64,000 bases of DNA from Mobula hypostoma (Eukaryota): positions 83,080,001 through 83,144,000 of the forward strand of contig NC_086109.1 of the NCBI RefSeq assembly GCF_963921235.1. Direction: 5' to 3'. Positions within the stretch are counted from its first letter, which is position 1. Each line of letters starts with the position of its first letter. Below are positions 13,425 through 23,796 of this stretch, one piece after another. Under the pieces are notes generated by a model. The model searched no databases. It worked only from the letters and a program-made list of their open reading frames with translations, and was not told where the DNA came from. The translations under genes were made by a program, and so were the position numbers.

Positions 13425-13918
13425 TGACAAAGGAATCTGTAAGTATGAACTCAAAGTGAGCACTTTCAAATTGTTTTAACAGTGTTTTGTTTTGAAACAG
13501 TGTTATATTAAAATCTTGATGCCATTGATGACATTTATATTAAAAATTCATCATTAACTTTTGGAAGATATTATGATGCCATTGTATCTAACCATTCTTC
13601 GACCTCTTCAATGACAGATCCACAAGTCTCTTCATCACCTTATTCTTCAGAAGTTTATCATATTTTTTTTGAATTTGATCAACACTGGATTGATGGAGAT
13701 CAGAACATTCTTATATTAGCCAAGATGAAGAGTAACAAAGCATTGTGATATTGCGTCCATGTTGTTTCCATTTTCCTATTGGAAACTCCGTATTGATCCA
13801 ATGACCTTCATCCATAGGTATAACCAATATTTCAGTCCCTTCGGTACCTGGACAAGACATGTGATGAAAATGATACGAAGTGTACTTGTAATCTGTATTT
13901 CCATCCAGTACTATCCAT
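13425..13918 (-). pseudogene. UGT N-terminal fragment (about codons 1-165)
   Basis: Minus strand reads MDSTGWKYRLQV...HWINTEF...NKTLLKQFESAHFEFILTDS; bounded by a Rex1 tail and a Tc1 remnant. Confidence 0.8.
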
Positions 13919-13934
13919 CATGAAAACTATCCAT

Positions 13935-14285
13935 GATGCTAGATGGGGTGCTTTGAGTATGTCAGAAACTGCTCATCCCCTTGCATATTCATGCACAATG
14001 GTTTCTAGATTTTATAGAGAATGGTGTGAGAAACAAAAAAAAAACACCAGTGAACGGCAGTTCTGTGGGTGAAAACGTCTCATTAATGAGAAGTGTCAGA
14101 GGAGAAAGGCTAAAGTGGTTCAAGCTGACAGAAAGGTGACAGTATTTCAAATAACTACACAGTAAAACAGTGGTATGCAGAGGTGCATCTTGAACACACA
14201 CACATCAAATCCTGCAGTGGATAGGCTACAGCAGCAAAAGACCAGAAACATACACTCAATGACCAATTTACCAGGTGCAGGAAGT
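13935..14285 (+). mobile_element. Tc1/mariner N-terminal remnant
   Basis: Decayed S.SETA....F..T.VSR.YREWCEKQK..VQADRK.TV.QITT..GYSS.RP; paralog at about 48770-49115. Confidence 0.7.
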
Positions 14286-14743
14286 CAAAGTTACCTGTAA
14301 GGTGTGCTACCAACATACAAGGGATCTTAAACTGCAGACAAGAGGTTGTCACCCTCTACATCGTTAGGACTGTAAATATATTTCATGATCGTACACAATC
14401 ACGTTCCCTTTTGCAGTTTCTGCTGCACATGCTGTTGACGATATGGCCTTTATGATTATTTGTCTGCAGATCTTAGAATAGGCTTATTAATATTGCTTTA
14501 ATTGAAGAAATTATTCCGTGCAAACAAGTTGTTGTCACTGGGGAAAAATTACACAGCACAACATTTTTGCACACATTGGTCATTACAAATTGAAGGGAAC
14601 ATTGCAGGATGTACCTAATAAAGTTGCAACTGTGTACATAAATACTAACTATTGTGAGATTGTACACAAAGCACTAAATAATTAAGTGATAAAAATAGAT
14701 TAGATATCAGACAAACAAAGCAAAAGCTCTAGACAGATTACAT

Positions 14744-14977
14744 CAACATACATCAAAGTTGCTGGTGAACGCAGCAGGCCAAGCAGCATCTATAGGAAGA
14801 GGTGCAGTCGACGTTTCAGGCCGAGACCCTTCGTCAGGAGTTAGTCCTGACGAAGGGTCTCGGCCTGAAACGTCGACTGCACCTCTTCCTATAGATGCTG
14901 CTTGGCCTGCTGCGTTCACCAGCAACTTTGATGTATGTTGCTTGAATTTCCAGCATCTGCAGAATTCCTGTTGTTTG
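14744..14977. mobile_element. Palindromic Penelope pLTR-derived insertion
   Basis: Perfect 96-bp inverted arms (14744-14839 / 14845-14940); 13-bp TSD agacagattacat (14731-14743, 14978-14990); empty sites at about 32198 and 49562. Confidence 0.9.
14843..14878 (+). ncRNA. Minimal type I hammerhead ribozyme motif (Penelope type)
   Basis: AGTC-CTGACGA-AGG(gtctcgg)CCT-GAAA-C-GTC-GACT: stem I, CUGANGA core, stem II, GAAA, GUC cleavage triplet, loop-less palindromic ACGT helix III. Confidence 0.75.
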
Positions 14978-15230
14978 AGACAGATTACATGTTGGGGTAT
15001 CACATCTTAGAGCAAATATAACCACAATTAAGGAGTGATAGGATAAAGTATAAGGACAATTTGCATCACCTAGGCCTGTGTTCAATTGAACCTTGACATT
15101 ACAATGATGTATAGATACAAATGGATATAAGTTGGAGGAGGGGTATACAAGTGTAAGCATTTTGCATGTTACAAATTTAGGATATTTGCAACTCTTTTCA
15201 CTCAAGTTACTTCAGCTACTTAGTCTAGAG

Positions 15231-15309
15231 CTGGATTCCAAACTGGGGTCCGCAGAACCCCTGTTTAAAGGTATTGGTCCACAGCATGAAAAAGGTTTGG
15301 GAACCCCTG
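15231..15309. mobile_element. 79-bp hAT MITE
   Basis: TSD gtct(a/g)gag; end gggaacccctg; paralogs at about 32451-32528 and 49815-49892. Confidence 0.7.
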
Positions 15310-15847
15310 GTCTGGAGGGATAATTGGTTGATGAACATTGATAGATTGTCGTTGAGCAAACATGTTAAGGTTAATGTATACAATACATTGATCGAATCTG
15401 AGTGACTCAGCAGGTTTAGGGAACTGTGTGGCTCATTCCTCTTCAGATCACTTGATATTGCTTCCCATTTGTCTGCAGATGATATGTGTAAATACATTTT
15501 TCCTGCACATTGAAAACTACTTGTTCTGTATTGCAATCAGCATCAAAGATACATTTGACACTGAATATTGACCTTTCTTGCATAATTTTTAGACCAAAAT
15601 TTCACTAGGATTCATGAGTGATAAAACTAATTAGACCGACATGAAGAATCATTAAAATCAAATAACTTTCAAAAGAATATTTCTTTATTCTTAGATCAGC
15701 TGAATTAGTTTGTTTTCTCTTACACCTCTGGTCACTTTACTCTTTTACGTCCCCTGTTTTCCGGGTGAAATATGGATCAGCTAGTTATAATTCTTTTATG
15801 CATATCAAAGCACAAAGTCTATTATATAATGTGTCTATTGCTGGTGA

Positions 15848-15853
15848 TTTATT
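15848..15853 (-). terminator. Candidate AATAAA polyadenylation signal of UGT A
   Basis: About 130 nt after the stop; conserved in B (50431-50436) and C (34027-34032); a second conserved AATAAA lies at 15684-15689. Confidence 0.5.
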
Positions 15854-15982
15854 CTCAAAATAACCTTCGCTAAATTCATGCAATCTGGAAAGAAGGTTCC
15901 ATGCATTAATTTCAGAAAAAAATCAATTACTGTAAATATAAAGAACATAAAACACCATATCCCAACACAAGATAATGTAACC

Positions 15983-17596
15983 TCACTCAGTCTTTTGCTT
16001 TCTTCTACATGCCATACGACAAAGTTTCTTCAGTGCTACAACCACCAGCACTGTGAGCATGAGGAACATGGACAACAGAAAAACCATCACATCCACACAA
16101 TAGTAAGTGTACCAGGGCAGTTGGTAGGATTCAGAGCGCAAATGCCCTGCTCCTTTGTGTCGGGCAACATACTCAATCCAGAAAATAGCTCTCTCCATTG
16201 GCGACTCTGGTTGGTCCCGGTGGAGAGCAGAGAGTTTCTTCATGTTATCCCGGTAAAATGTGCCGTTTATCACCTCATTAAGTGCCTGCAATAGATCTGT
16301 TGACTGCAGAGTTGCAACATTAAGCATCTTTGCTGCACCTCGGGATTCAAGTCTGACTACATTGTCAAACTGGTCAAAAATAAGAGGCATGCCAATCACT
16401 GGTACCCCATGGTAGATGGCCTCATAAATACCATTGGTACCACCATGAGAAATGAAGACTCGTGTGTTGGGGTGTCCCAGAAGGTGGTTCTGAGGGATCC
16501 ATTTTTTCAGTAGTGTATTATTACCTATATTGGGAAGGATTTCTCCATCGTATCTCCAAATAACCTTCTGGGGTACTTGAGCGAATGCCTCAGCTATTTC
16601 CATTGCAATCTGCTTTGGTAAGGAATCAATAAGGGATCCTAATGACATGACAATAAGTCCATGCTTCCCTGAGCTTTGAACAAACTCTTCAAACTCTGCC
16701 GCTAGTGGTCGGGCTGGTTTACACTGGAAGCCTCCAATGTACACAAAATTTGGCATGGTGGGTCTTGGGAATTCAAACACAAAATCGACTCTCATCAGCA
16801 CCACATCAGCCCTCAAGAGAAGTGTTTGGATGTCTGTGTCTGGTCCCAGATGTCGATGACAGATTTCATTATGAATTGGGTATATAAATAATTTTGCGGT
16901 GACTAGCTGAATAAGATATTGCACAATGTTTTCTGTTCTCTGGAGAAAATTCATTTTGTCTGTAAAGTGTGTGTCTGGATAGGGGATGTAAGAAAGTGGC
17001 AATGGGGAAAAATGAGAATGAGCTTCTCCAATACTATGCCATCGAACATTATACACCATCGGGATTTTTAAATAATAGGCAAGCATAGGACCAGCAACTA
17101 AAACAGGATCTGTAAGCAATATCTCAAAATTTGCATTCTTCAGTTGGTTTAACAAGCTTTTGTTTTCAAATATTGCACTGGTTTTATTCTGAAGCAAGCT
17201 ATGTAAATAATACCTGAAAACATTTGAATATAACTGCAACTTAATTTTGCCCCATGTTGTCCAACCATTCTGGAAGCTTTCCAATGAATTTTGCACAAGC
17301 AATTTAATCAGCTTGATAGGACTAGGTTGTTCAATGTATTTTTCACTTTTAGTCGTTATGAATTCAAAGAGATCTGGTCTTTCTTTTATATAGAAATTTG
17401 ATGAGTAAGAAAGCACTGTGATATTGTGTCCATGTTCTTTTAGTTTTTCTATTAGTATCTCCATAATGATCCAATGACTTCCATCCACAGGCACAACCAA
17501 TATTTTAGCCCCTTGTGTAACTGGACAAGGCAGCATGATGAAAATGCTAAGAACACATGCAATCTGCAATCTGCCTTTCCATCCAGGACTATCCAT
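15983..17596 (-). CDS. ugt5: UDP-glucuronosyltransferase, UGT5-type, single coding exon (copy A, intact, 537 aa)
   Basis: Uninterrupted ORF with signal peptide, DGSHW (catalytic H41), LTDP (D163), VYNVRW, RVDFVFEFPRPTMPN, UGT signature [36 protein letters not shown] helix and KQKTE dilysine ER motif. Subfamily assigned from motif recall, not phylogeny. Confidence 0.93.
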   Translation of the reverse strand: MDSPGWKGRLQIACVLSIFIMLPCPVTQGAKILVVPVDGSHWIIMEILIEKLKEHGHNITVLSYSSNFYIKERPDLFEFITTKSEKYIEQPSPIKLIKLLVQNSLESFQNGWTTWGKIKLQLYSNVFRYYLHSLLQNKTSAIFENKSLLNQLKNANFEILLTDPVLVAGPMLAYYLKIPMVYNVRWHSIGEAHSHFSPLPLSYIPYPDTHFTDKMNFLQRTENIVQYLIQLVTAKLFIYPIHNEICHRHLGPDTDIQTLLLRADVVLMRVDFVFEFPRPTMPNFVYIGGFQCKPARPLAAEFEEFVQSSGKHGLIVMSLGSLIDSLPKQIAMEIAEAFAQVPQKVIWRYDGEILPNIGNNTLLKKWIPQNHLLGHPNTRVFISHGGTNGIYEAIYHGVPVIGMPLIFDQFDNVVRLESRGAAKMLNVATLQSTDLLQALNEVINGTFYRDNMKKLSALHRDQPESPMERAIFWIEYVARHKGAGHLRSESYQLPWYTYYCVDVMVFLLSMFLMLTVLVVVALKKLCRMACRRKQKTE

Positions 17597-17622
17597 CTTG
17601 AAAATAGCTGATCACACCGATC

Positions 17623-17645
17623 CTGTTGTAGAGTTAATTAGAAAT
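17623..17645 (-). promoter_or_regulatory. Splice acceptor 26 nt upstream of the UGT A ATG
   Basis: Minus strand TTCTAATTAACTCTACAACAG|GATC; a CAG lies at the same distance in B and C. Confidence 0.65.
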
Positions 17646-17923
17646 GTTGGTAAGCATAATAATAAATAGGCAACAAAAATATTTTACATGTAGTAGTGTG
17701 TTTTCTTGTCGCCACTTTAACTCTACTCACTGTATGGACACTCCCGGTTGTAGCTGAATTTGAACAACATACAACATACAAATATAATTTGGAAGCAGAA
17801 CTCAGCTGCACAACTAGGTCACCTTTCTGGTTCAAGGGTAACAAGTTACAACAGGGATAGTGAGCAACAGGTTCTTTTCTTAAGCTCAAAGAGCAAGACT
17901 TTGCATTGCAAATACCAGAAAAA

Positions 17924-18390
17924 ATCCTGATTTATACTTGTTCATACGAGCTACGCCGTAGGCCTGATTTATACTTCTGCCATGCCCTACGCCGTAGTGA
18001 GCATGCATTGTTGTGTCAGCATCGCTCTGCAATTCACCACCAAAACGCTAGTTGGTGGTGGGGTTTTTATGCCACTGTGCTGAGTTTCTTTGTGAGAGAA
18101 ATGGACGAGGAAATACATTTCAAATATTTTTGGATGACAGCAGGTAGATTTGATGATTTGGTTCATCGTCTCCAACCATTTATTTTGTATCAGTGTACAG
18201 ACATGGCGGAGAAAAGCAACTGGAAATGCGTAGGAGGAAATGCGATGCTACCAAGCGGACCAATCACAGTTATTGCGGTCTGCATCACCACGACGCGCGA
18301 GTTACTTTTTAGGGGAGGTGCATGTCACCCTACGGCGTAGGGTACGCGGTACCTATGGCATACAATTGACGCAGAAGTATAAATCAGGCT
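17924..18390 (+). mobile_element. Harbinger non-autonomous element upstream of UGT A
   Basis: TIR (g)cctgatttatactt / aagtataaatcaggc; MDEEIHFKYFWMTAGRFDDL; truncated copy at 52502-52697. Confidence 0.82.
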
Positions 18391-20116
18391 TTACGAGGAG
18401 TGGTGGAATGGAAAGTTCTGACTTTTTATGCCCCATAGCAACAAATCCTGATCAGGAATGTATATCTTCCACCACAAAGACCTGAGATTCCCACTGTTAC
18501 ATTTTCTGGTTTGGGATATCTTGTAATGTTTGTTCATTTCATCCTCTCAAGGTGAGAATGGGGGAACATCTGAGTTATACAGCCTGTAACATTAAAACAT
18601 ATGTAGCTATTGTAGGACAGGCCATATTTGAAGTGTGTGCTGAATTTATGGCGATATGGTTAAACCACAAAGATAAGGAAGCTGTAAATTTGAGATTCAT
18701 CGATGTACACTCAGAGATCACTTTATTAGGTACACCTATACACCTGCTGTTTAATACAAATATCGAATCCATCTTAAGGCGATGTGGCTGAGGGTGAGCA
18801 ACGACTTTATGGTGGTTTTCAAAGTAAGAAATAAAACTAAATATTTTCTTTATAACATATTTCCTATAAATATTCATGGTACACGGTCACTGCAAACAAC
18901 GAGAAAGCAAGGCTGAGTTGAGGGTCGAAGTGTGCATACAGGAGCAAGGACAAGGCACGTTCAGACAGAGTCAGAGTCGAAGCAAGCGGAGTGGAGGAGT
19001 CTCAGAGCCCTTGCACCGAAACCGGTAGTCAGAGATTTGCTCCATCTAAGCATCGGACTAATTTGGAAATATTGGGCATGGGCTGAAGTATGGCGGGTAG
19101 AGGGAGGAGGAAGCAGCGGGGGGGCGGGGTCTAGGCCCAGAGTGTATCGATGCAGCTGGTCCCAGACTTTGAGAGAGGAATGAACCGATCTTCGGAGGAT
19201 TTAAATGCCAGGCCAGATGATTAATAGGGCAGGGTGTCAGGACTGGAGGCAAGGATGGGCCAGTTCTGCTGGCCGCTCTGCAACGTTGCCTGCACTCTTT
19301 GCTGAACTGAGGCTGAGGCTGTGGGCCTGCTCCGGCCCATCTGGGCTCCATGACTGAGGCTGTGACAGACATCCCACCTCTCCTGGAAGTTCCGGGAGTC
19401 TCCCGCATATCGATAGTGGCTCCCTGAAGCCCGGAAATTATATACAATATCCCGGAAATAGCTTTTTTTGAGAGGGAGAGCAAGCATCCTGTTTGGTCTT
19501 TCTTTGTGCTAAGAGAGGAAACGATATGACTTGGCGATATGAATCAGCTGCACTTTTCCTCATTCCCTGTCATGCACTTTTGAATTTTATCGCACATGAG
19601 GTCATCAGTGACCCAAGACGTGCAAAGGAATGGGTCCGTGACCCATTTGTGAATGTCCCAGGTGCATCATCCATGTCAGCGTGGGAAAAAGGTCCACTCC
19701 TCGAGCTTGCAAATGATAATGGGCTGAAAAGTATGTTTGACATAACATCTCCGCCGGCATTCTGGATCAAAGTCAAGGCTGAATATCCTGAGACAGCCAC
19801 GAAAGCACTGAAAACGTTGCTTCCATTTCCAACATATTTCTGCGAAGCGGAGTTTTCTGCAATGAATGCAATGAAAACTAAATCGCAGAATAGACTGGAC
19901 ATGAGGAACCCTCTTCGAGTATCGCTGTCTCCCACCACCCCTCGATGGGACCGTGCTGTTGCAGGAAAACAAACCCAGGGCTCCCACTGATTCAGCGATA
20001 TTGGTGTGTTACAATGATTTTATATGTTCATACGAGGAAAATATGCGCTGTGTATTAAATATCCAAACGTTACTTAAAATGTTATGATGCTACTGACTTA
20101 TAAGTGACTTATATTT

Positions 20117-20368
20117 CAGTGGCCCCCAGCCTCCGGGCCGTTAAGAATACAGCAGTGGCCGGAACGCACCCAGAACATCTTTAAGATAAAAGCCAAAATC
20201 AATAAGCTAATTAGTTAGGTACCAGCTGGCACGTAAATGTTGGTCCAGATCAGAGGCGACAATCAATTAGCTTGTTTATTTCGGCTTTTTACTTAAAGAT
20301 GTGCTGGGTACCTTCCGGCCACCACTGTACCTCTGCATTCTTCGCGGCTCAGAGGTTTGGGACCACTT
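20117..20368. mobile_element. hAT MITE with long internal inverted repeats
   Basis: cagtggcccc..gggaccact; TSD ttataatt is clear in the copy at 54347-54596. Confidence 0.8.
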
Positions 20369-20434
20369 TTATAATTGACTTATCACTACATTCATGCAAG
20401 GAAAATATGCACTGTGTGTTTAATATTAAATTCG

Positions 20435-21634
20435 CAGGGGTCCCCAACCTTTTTTGCAGTGCGGACCAGTTTAATATTGACAATATTCTTGTGGACCAGC
20501 CGACCCGGGGGAGTGGCGGGGAGTAGGGTTGCCAACGGACAAGAATAGCAGTCAAATACATTGTATTTACCCCGAGAAAGACGACAATGTCCATGAAGCC
20601 TTGCGCGGGCACCAGAGCGCATGTGCCCACCGATTTTTTTCCAGCAAATCGTTTTTGGCGATTCTGTTCGGGGGGGGGGTTGTTAATCACGACTGGAATA
20701 TCGGTGATCAGTGGCTAATACACTCAATTTAGTTTCTAAAAGGGTTTATCTAACGAATTTAATATTAAACACACAGCGCATATTTTCCTCGCATGAATAT
20801 TGTGATAAGTCAATTATCAAGGGAGGACAGGGGAGCTTGAAGTAAGTGTTGAACGAACTTCCAGTAAAAGTGGTAGAGGCAGGTTTGATATTATCATTTA
20901 AAGAAAAATTGGATAGGTATATGGACAGGAAAGGAATGGAGGGTTATGGGCTGAGTGCAGGTCGGTGGGACTAGGTGAGAGTAGCGTTCGGCACGGACGA
21001 GAAGGGCCAAGATGGACTGTTTCCGTGCTGTAATTGTTATATGTTATATAAGTAAGTCAATAGCATCATAACATTTTAAGTAACGTTTGGATATTAAACA
21101 CACAGCACATATTTTCCCGTATGAACATATAAAATCATTGCAACACACCAATATCGCTGAATCAGTGGGAGCCCTGGGCTTGTTTTCCTGCAACAAGATG
21201 GTCCCATCGAGGGGTGATGGGAGACAGCAATACTGTACTCAAAGGGGGTTCCTCATGTCCAGACTATTCCGCAAATTAGTTTTCCTTGCATTCATTGCAG
21301 AAAACTCCGCTTCGCAGAAATATGTTGTAAGCAACGTTTTCAGTGCTTTTGTGCCTATCTTAGGATATTTAGCCCTGACTTTGATTCGGAATGCCAGCAG
21401 AGATGTTATGTCAAACATACTTTTCAGCCCGCCGTCATTTACAAGCTCGAGGAGTTGATCTTCTTCCCGCGCTGACATGGATGACACGTGCGTAGTGACC
21501 TCGCGTGCGTTCAAGCTCAACAGTGGCCGTGACAGGGAATGAGGAAAGGTGCAGCTGACTCATATCGCCAAATCATATCGTTTCCTCACGGCCCGGTAGC
21601 GCATGCTTTGTGGCCCGGTGGTTGGGGACCGCTG
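20435..21634 (-). mobile_element. Same-family Buster hAT nested in the opposite orientation
   Basis: TIRs caggggtccccaacc / ggttggggaccgctg; the copy at 54669-55889 has 8-bp TSD cattagat. Confidence 0.88.
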
Positions 21635-22487
21635 CATTAGATAAACCCCTTTAGGAACGAAATTGAGTGTATTAGCCACATAAAGTGACTTATACTTGAC
21701 TTTTCACCTATATTCTGGTTACATTTAACACCCACCAACGCCACCGCCCCCCTCCGTCGGCCAGTCCGCAAGAATATTGTCAATATTGGTGCAAAAGAGG
21801 TTGGGGACCCCTGATTTAAACTAGCTGGCTAGCTGCCAAGGAGCTATGCTATTGATGTTCTATGTGATGATGCCAAACTCCCTGCAGACTTGCTTAAAGT
21901 TGTAATAGAATAAACATGATAATATAATATAAGTACATATTTTAATGTCACATTTGTGCATATACCCAACTTGGTTTACAGATTAGACAAAATCACTAAC
22001 CAAACTATTCCATACACCCTTGGAGGTCGACGGGGGGGGGAGCCGGGGGGAGATATGGGGTTGCGGGGGGCGGGGGTGCTACCTCCCTGAAATAAGTTTT
22101 TGCAGGGTGGGACGTCTGCTGTGGGCCTGCTCCGGCCGGTCTGGGCTCCATGTCTGAGGCTGTGGGCCTGCTCCGGTTGGTCTTGGCTCCATGGCTGAGG
22201 ACTGAATTTCGTTCTAAATGCTTTTTGCTTACTTTCATTGCTTGCACCTAATAAAGTCGCCGCTGCATGCCTAACTTTAACTATTGCTGAGAGGAGAGGA
22301 TGGGATAACTTTGCCAGAAAGTATCACTGAAACATAACAAGTATTGCTGCTGATTAATTACCTCAGCGCACCATGTCAATGTTGTATATGTGGTCATGTG
22401 GATTTGGTGAGACACGAAAACTGTCCCTTGGTTTAAGCCTGAAACTAGAACTTATTTTCTCTATCCAAAGTTACTTTGATTTACTAA

Positions 22488-23070
22488 GATAGGTGAGCCA
22501 GATTGGTGAGGAAGGGGAGATGAAGTGAGAAACTGAGAGGTCATATGTGAAAAAGGGTAAAGGGCTGAAGGAGATGGAATTTGATAAGAGAGGAGAGCAA
22601 ACAATGGGAGGTAGGGAAGGAGGAGGGGCACCAGAGGGAGTTGATAGGCAGGTAAGGAGAAGAGAAAAGTTAAGAGGGGAAACATAATGGGGAATGGAAG
22701 AAGGGGGGAGGGGCATAAATGTTCAGAAATTAGATAAGTCAAGGTTCATGCCATCAGGGTGGAGGCTACCCAGACAGAATTCACACCTGAGAATGGCCTG
22801 ATCTTGCAGTAGAGGAGTCCATGGATGAACATGTATGAATGGGAATGGGGATTGGAATTAAAATAATTGTCCACCATATAATCCTTCTTATTACAGACAG
22901 AGCAAAGGTGCTCAACAAAGCAGTCCCCCATTGACACTGGGGTCTCACTGATGTAGAGGAAGCTGCATCGGGATCACCTGATACAGTTAAAGTGTTGCCT
23001 CTCCTGGAAAGACTGTTTAGGGAGGTGAGGAAGGAGGTGAATGGGCAGGTGTAACCCTTCTTCTCTTGCA
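22488..23070 (-). mobile_element. Penelope GIY-YIG fragment (duplicate of 60845-61435)
   Basis: ORF 22746-22937. Confidence 0.82.
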
Positions 23071-23077
23071 GGACTTG

Positions 23078-23796
23078 TTTCTTCAAGGACTTGTTGCCTG
23101 CTTGTGCATTTTCTTCACAGACAAAGGAAGAAGGGACTCTTTGAATGACAGGTGATGCTCAGCACAGAGAAATAAGTGGGAGGTCAGACGATACAGACAT
23201 CAGACACATGATCTGGACACTGAATGAGCATTGTTGTGCCCACAGAGAAAGTGGGTTTTGGAGGATCGATCAGGCGGATCGATCCAAATTGCTATTCCAC
23301 CGCTGAAGAAGGGGTTGACTGGTGGGGAGTTGTCTATGTGTCCACCCTTGCCGGGGTGATAGCTCCACCACAGGAAAACCGGTCCCCCGGTTAAAGTCAA
23401 GGTCGGTGACTTGTAAAGGATTTCGGAGGACGACGAGCAGATCGACGGCATCAGCTCACCTGAAGACTCAACTCACTCTCTCTCTCTCTGTCTCTCTCTC
23501 TCTCTCTCTCTCCATCACTACTCAACTAAATACCACGAACTGAATTGAACTGAACTTTACTCAACATCATAAGACTGTATCTTTTTACCCCTAGACTTAA
23601 AGAAGCTTGGTTTTCATACATATATATTCCACACTTACTTTTATATATAATCTTTGCTAATCTGTGTGATTTATTTACATTGATATTACTGTAGTGCGTA
23701 GTTACTAATAAATATTAGTAGTTTATAGCAATACGAGACTCCAAAGTGGTTTCTATTTCTGCTGGTTTCTTTATCCCCGTCACGGGGTACGTGACA
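23078..23796 (+). mobile_element. 5'-deleted copy of the same LTR
   Basis: Aligns to 61893-62654 and ends ...ggggtacgtgaca; right flank differs. Confidence 0.85.

Larger units (their letters stand above)
19520..21813 (+). mobile_element. Buster/Charlie hAT derivative (outer; left end lost)
   Basis: hAT dimerisation domain FWIKVKAEYP..LLPFPTYFCEAEFS; right TIR ggttggggacccctg; copy at about 53750-56397. Confidence 0.85.
19366..22118. mobile_element. TIR element hosting nested hATs
   Basis: Terminal inverted pair cagacatcccacc / ggtgggacgtctg, splitting a ~40-bp tandem repeat; copy at 53597-56683. Confidence 0.6.
1..23796 (+). repeat. Segmental duplication copy 1 (partial; runs off the left edge)
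   Basis: Colinear with 36053-62654 (base 1 = 36053; 22460 matches about 57025; 22490 matches about 60845; 23796 = 62654), with copy-specific indels. Confidence 0.95.

Noticed and set aside
6973-13918. D and the 13425-13918 fragment as exons or halves of one split UGT
   Set aside because: They overlap over about codons 135-165 with different sequences, so they are separate decayed paralogs.
14743-15010. Near-identical ORFs on both strands
   Set aside because: Artefact of the perfect palindrome; not protein-coding genes.
19493-19990. Domesticated ZBED/Buster gene
   Set aside because: Only the C-terminal dimerisation fragment, inside TIR-bounded decayed copies.
22119-22200. CRISPR-like repeats
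   Set aside because: Short tandem repeat with no unique spacers or cas genes; eukaryotic context.
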